NCBI GenBank assembly: GCA_938012815.1 | Contig: CALLVV010000059.1 | Coordinates: forward strand, 4,129-68,128 | Direction: 5' to 3' | DNA from: an uncultured Propionibacteriaceae bacterium | GTDB taxonomy: Bacteria > Actinomycetota > Actinomycetes > Propionibacteriales > Propionibacteriaceae | DNA: 64,000 nucleotides | In this document: positions 62,934 through 64,000 of the stretch, piece after piece | Layout: the number at the start of each line of letters is the position of its first letter | How positions within the stretch are numbered: the first letter of the stretch is position 1 | The notes under the pieces: generated by a model | Seen by the model: the letters and a program-made list of their open reading frames with translations, nothing else | Database searches by the model: none | What the model was told of the DNA's origin: nothing | Position numbers and translations under genes: made by a program

Positions 62934-64000
62934 ATGAAGAAACACGTCAGACCATGGCTGACTCTGGGCGCCGCATTCCTATTGCTGCTCTCTAATGCAA
63001 CACTCGCCCACTCGGAGGATCAGAATCCCAAGACTCTTTCGATCGTCCACCTCGGCGACTCTTACTCCGCCGGAAACGGTGCGGGAAATTACCACGGCCC
63101 GGCCGACTGCCGGCGCAGCGGCCGGAACTGGGGTGCCCTCTTCGCCTCCTGGGCGAACTCGCAGGACATCGCCGCCAGTTATCAGAACCGGGCATGCTCG
63201 GGAGGAACCGTGGGGGACCTGTTCTCGTCTCGCACCCTTCCCAAGCAGTCCCCCAGAGGGGTGAGCGCTAGCTCTGCGGAGGAGGCCAAGGCCAAACTCA
63301 ACTCCTCCGATGCCTGCTCCACCCGAGCTGTCGGCGACGATTTCCTCTCGGTCGAATATCACCTCAAGGAGAACAACGGGTGGCCCTGGGCCAAGAACTA
63401 CACCTACGAGTGCCAGATAACCATCCGTGCGCAGGCGGACTTCGTAGGTCCCCAGACCGATCTCGTGCTGCTGACCATGGGCGGGAACGACCTCGGGTTC
63501 TCCCACCTGGTGGCCGATTGCTTCGGACCCAAGATCCCATTCATCCAGGAAGGTGCGCACGCCGTGAAGTGCCGCGACGACATCGCCTCCGCCAGGAATG
63601 GGCTCCCTGACACGGTGAAACGCCTCAGGGACGCGATATCCCGGCTGATCACCAACCGAATGACCGGAAGCACGACCTCCAAGGTCGTTCTGCTGAGCTA
63701 CCCGCTTCTCTCGACGAACCGGTCCTACGTGTTGAACAACGACGGCGTCCGGTTCGACGCATCCCGTGGCATCAGGGAGCTCGGGGAATTCGCGGTCACG
63801 GAACAGAAGCGCGTCATCGGCGAACTCGAGGCCATTTTCCCCGGCCGCGTGGAGTTCGTCGAGGACACCCCGGCGGCATTCGCCGGCCACGAGCCCGATC
63901 CCCGCGTTTTCGCGAGGAATGATTACCGCTGGATCAACGAATTCCTGGAAACCCAGGGGGACTACACCCCCAGTGGCAAGGTCGAAGGGCCGTTCTCATC
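62934..64000 (+). CDS. Secreted SGNH/GDSL lipase-family protein (partial, runs off the window edge)
   Basis: MKKHVRPWLTLGAAFLLLLSNATLAHS signal peptide; LGDSYSAGNG, CRRS, ACSG, LTMGGNDLGF; not in the ORF track because there is no stop in the window. Confidence 0.88.
   Translation, partial: MKKHVRPWLTLGAAFLLLLSNATLAHSEDQNPKTLSIVHLGDSYSAGNGAGNYHGPADCRRSGRNWGALFASWANSQDIAASYQNRACSGGTVGDLFSSRTLPKQSPRGVSASSAEEAKAKLNSSDACSTRAVGDDFLSVEYHLKENNGWPWAKNYTYECQITIRAQADFVGPQTDLVLLTMGGNDLGFSHLVADCFGPKIPFIQEGAHAVKCRDDIASARNGLPDTVKRLRDAISRLITNRMTGSTTSKVVLLSYPLLSTNRSYVLNNDGVRFDASRGIRELGEFAVTEQKRVIGELEAIFPGRVEFVEDTPAAFAGHEPDPRVFARNDYRWINEFLETQGDYTPSGKVEGPFS

Noticed and set aside
62979..63890. Minus-strand 303-aa ORF
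   Set aside because: Antisense to the plus-strand SGNH lipase starting at 62934

Overview
High-GC actinobacterial chromosome segment. Gene order and protein sequences suggest Propionibacteriaceae, possibly Arachnia-like (inference). The left part (1-22.6 kb, mostly minus strand) is the core tRNA-Thr/tRNA-Met/rpmG-hadAB-murB-tRNA-Trp-secE-nusG-rplKA ... rplJL ... rpoBC region, interrupted by accessory inserts. These inserts are: a DUF559/Vsr-like nuclease gene bracketed by two inverted 73-bp hairpin repeats; a heterodimeric ABC transporter with a DtxR/IdeR-like box; two deletion-frameshifted pseudogenes; two AAA_14/DUF4143 ATPases, each preceded by a three-unit 23-bp tandem repeat; and a Zur-box-controlled set of zinc-independent L33/L28/L31 paralogues. 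The middle (22.7-31 kb) holds an HTH protein, an AlkD-like protein, a four-gene membrane cluster, a CpdB-like nucleotidase and a nitrilase-family hydrolase. From 31 kb a NarL-type response regulator and a membrane histidine kinase flank a 58-aa secreted peptide ending in CHIWRGYC; it is absent from the ORF track and is a candidate peptide pheromone. Directly downstream is a ~28.5-kb hybrid NRPS-PKS cluster: a 5303-aa C-A-T-KS-AT-ACP-C-A-T-KS-(AT0)-ACP-C-A-T-C megasynthase, a standalone KS, two ACPs, a class III aminotransferase, TEII, FabF, PPTase, an MFS and an ABC exporter. The window ends in a secreted SGNH lipase. All calls come from reading motifs by eye; no database searches were run.
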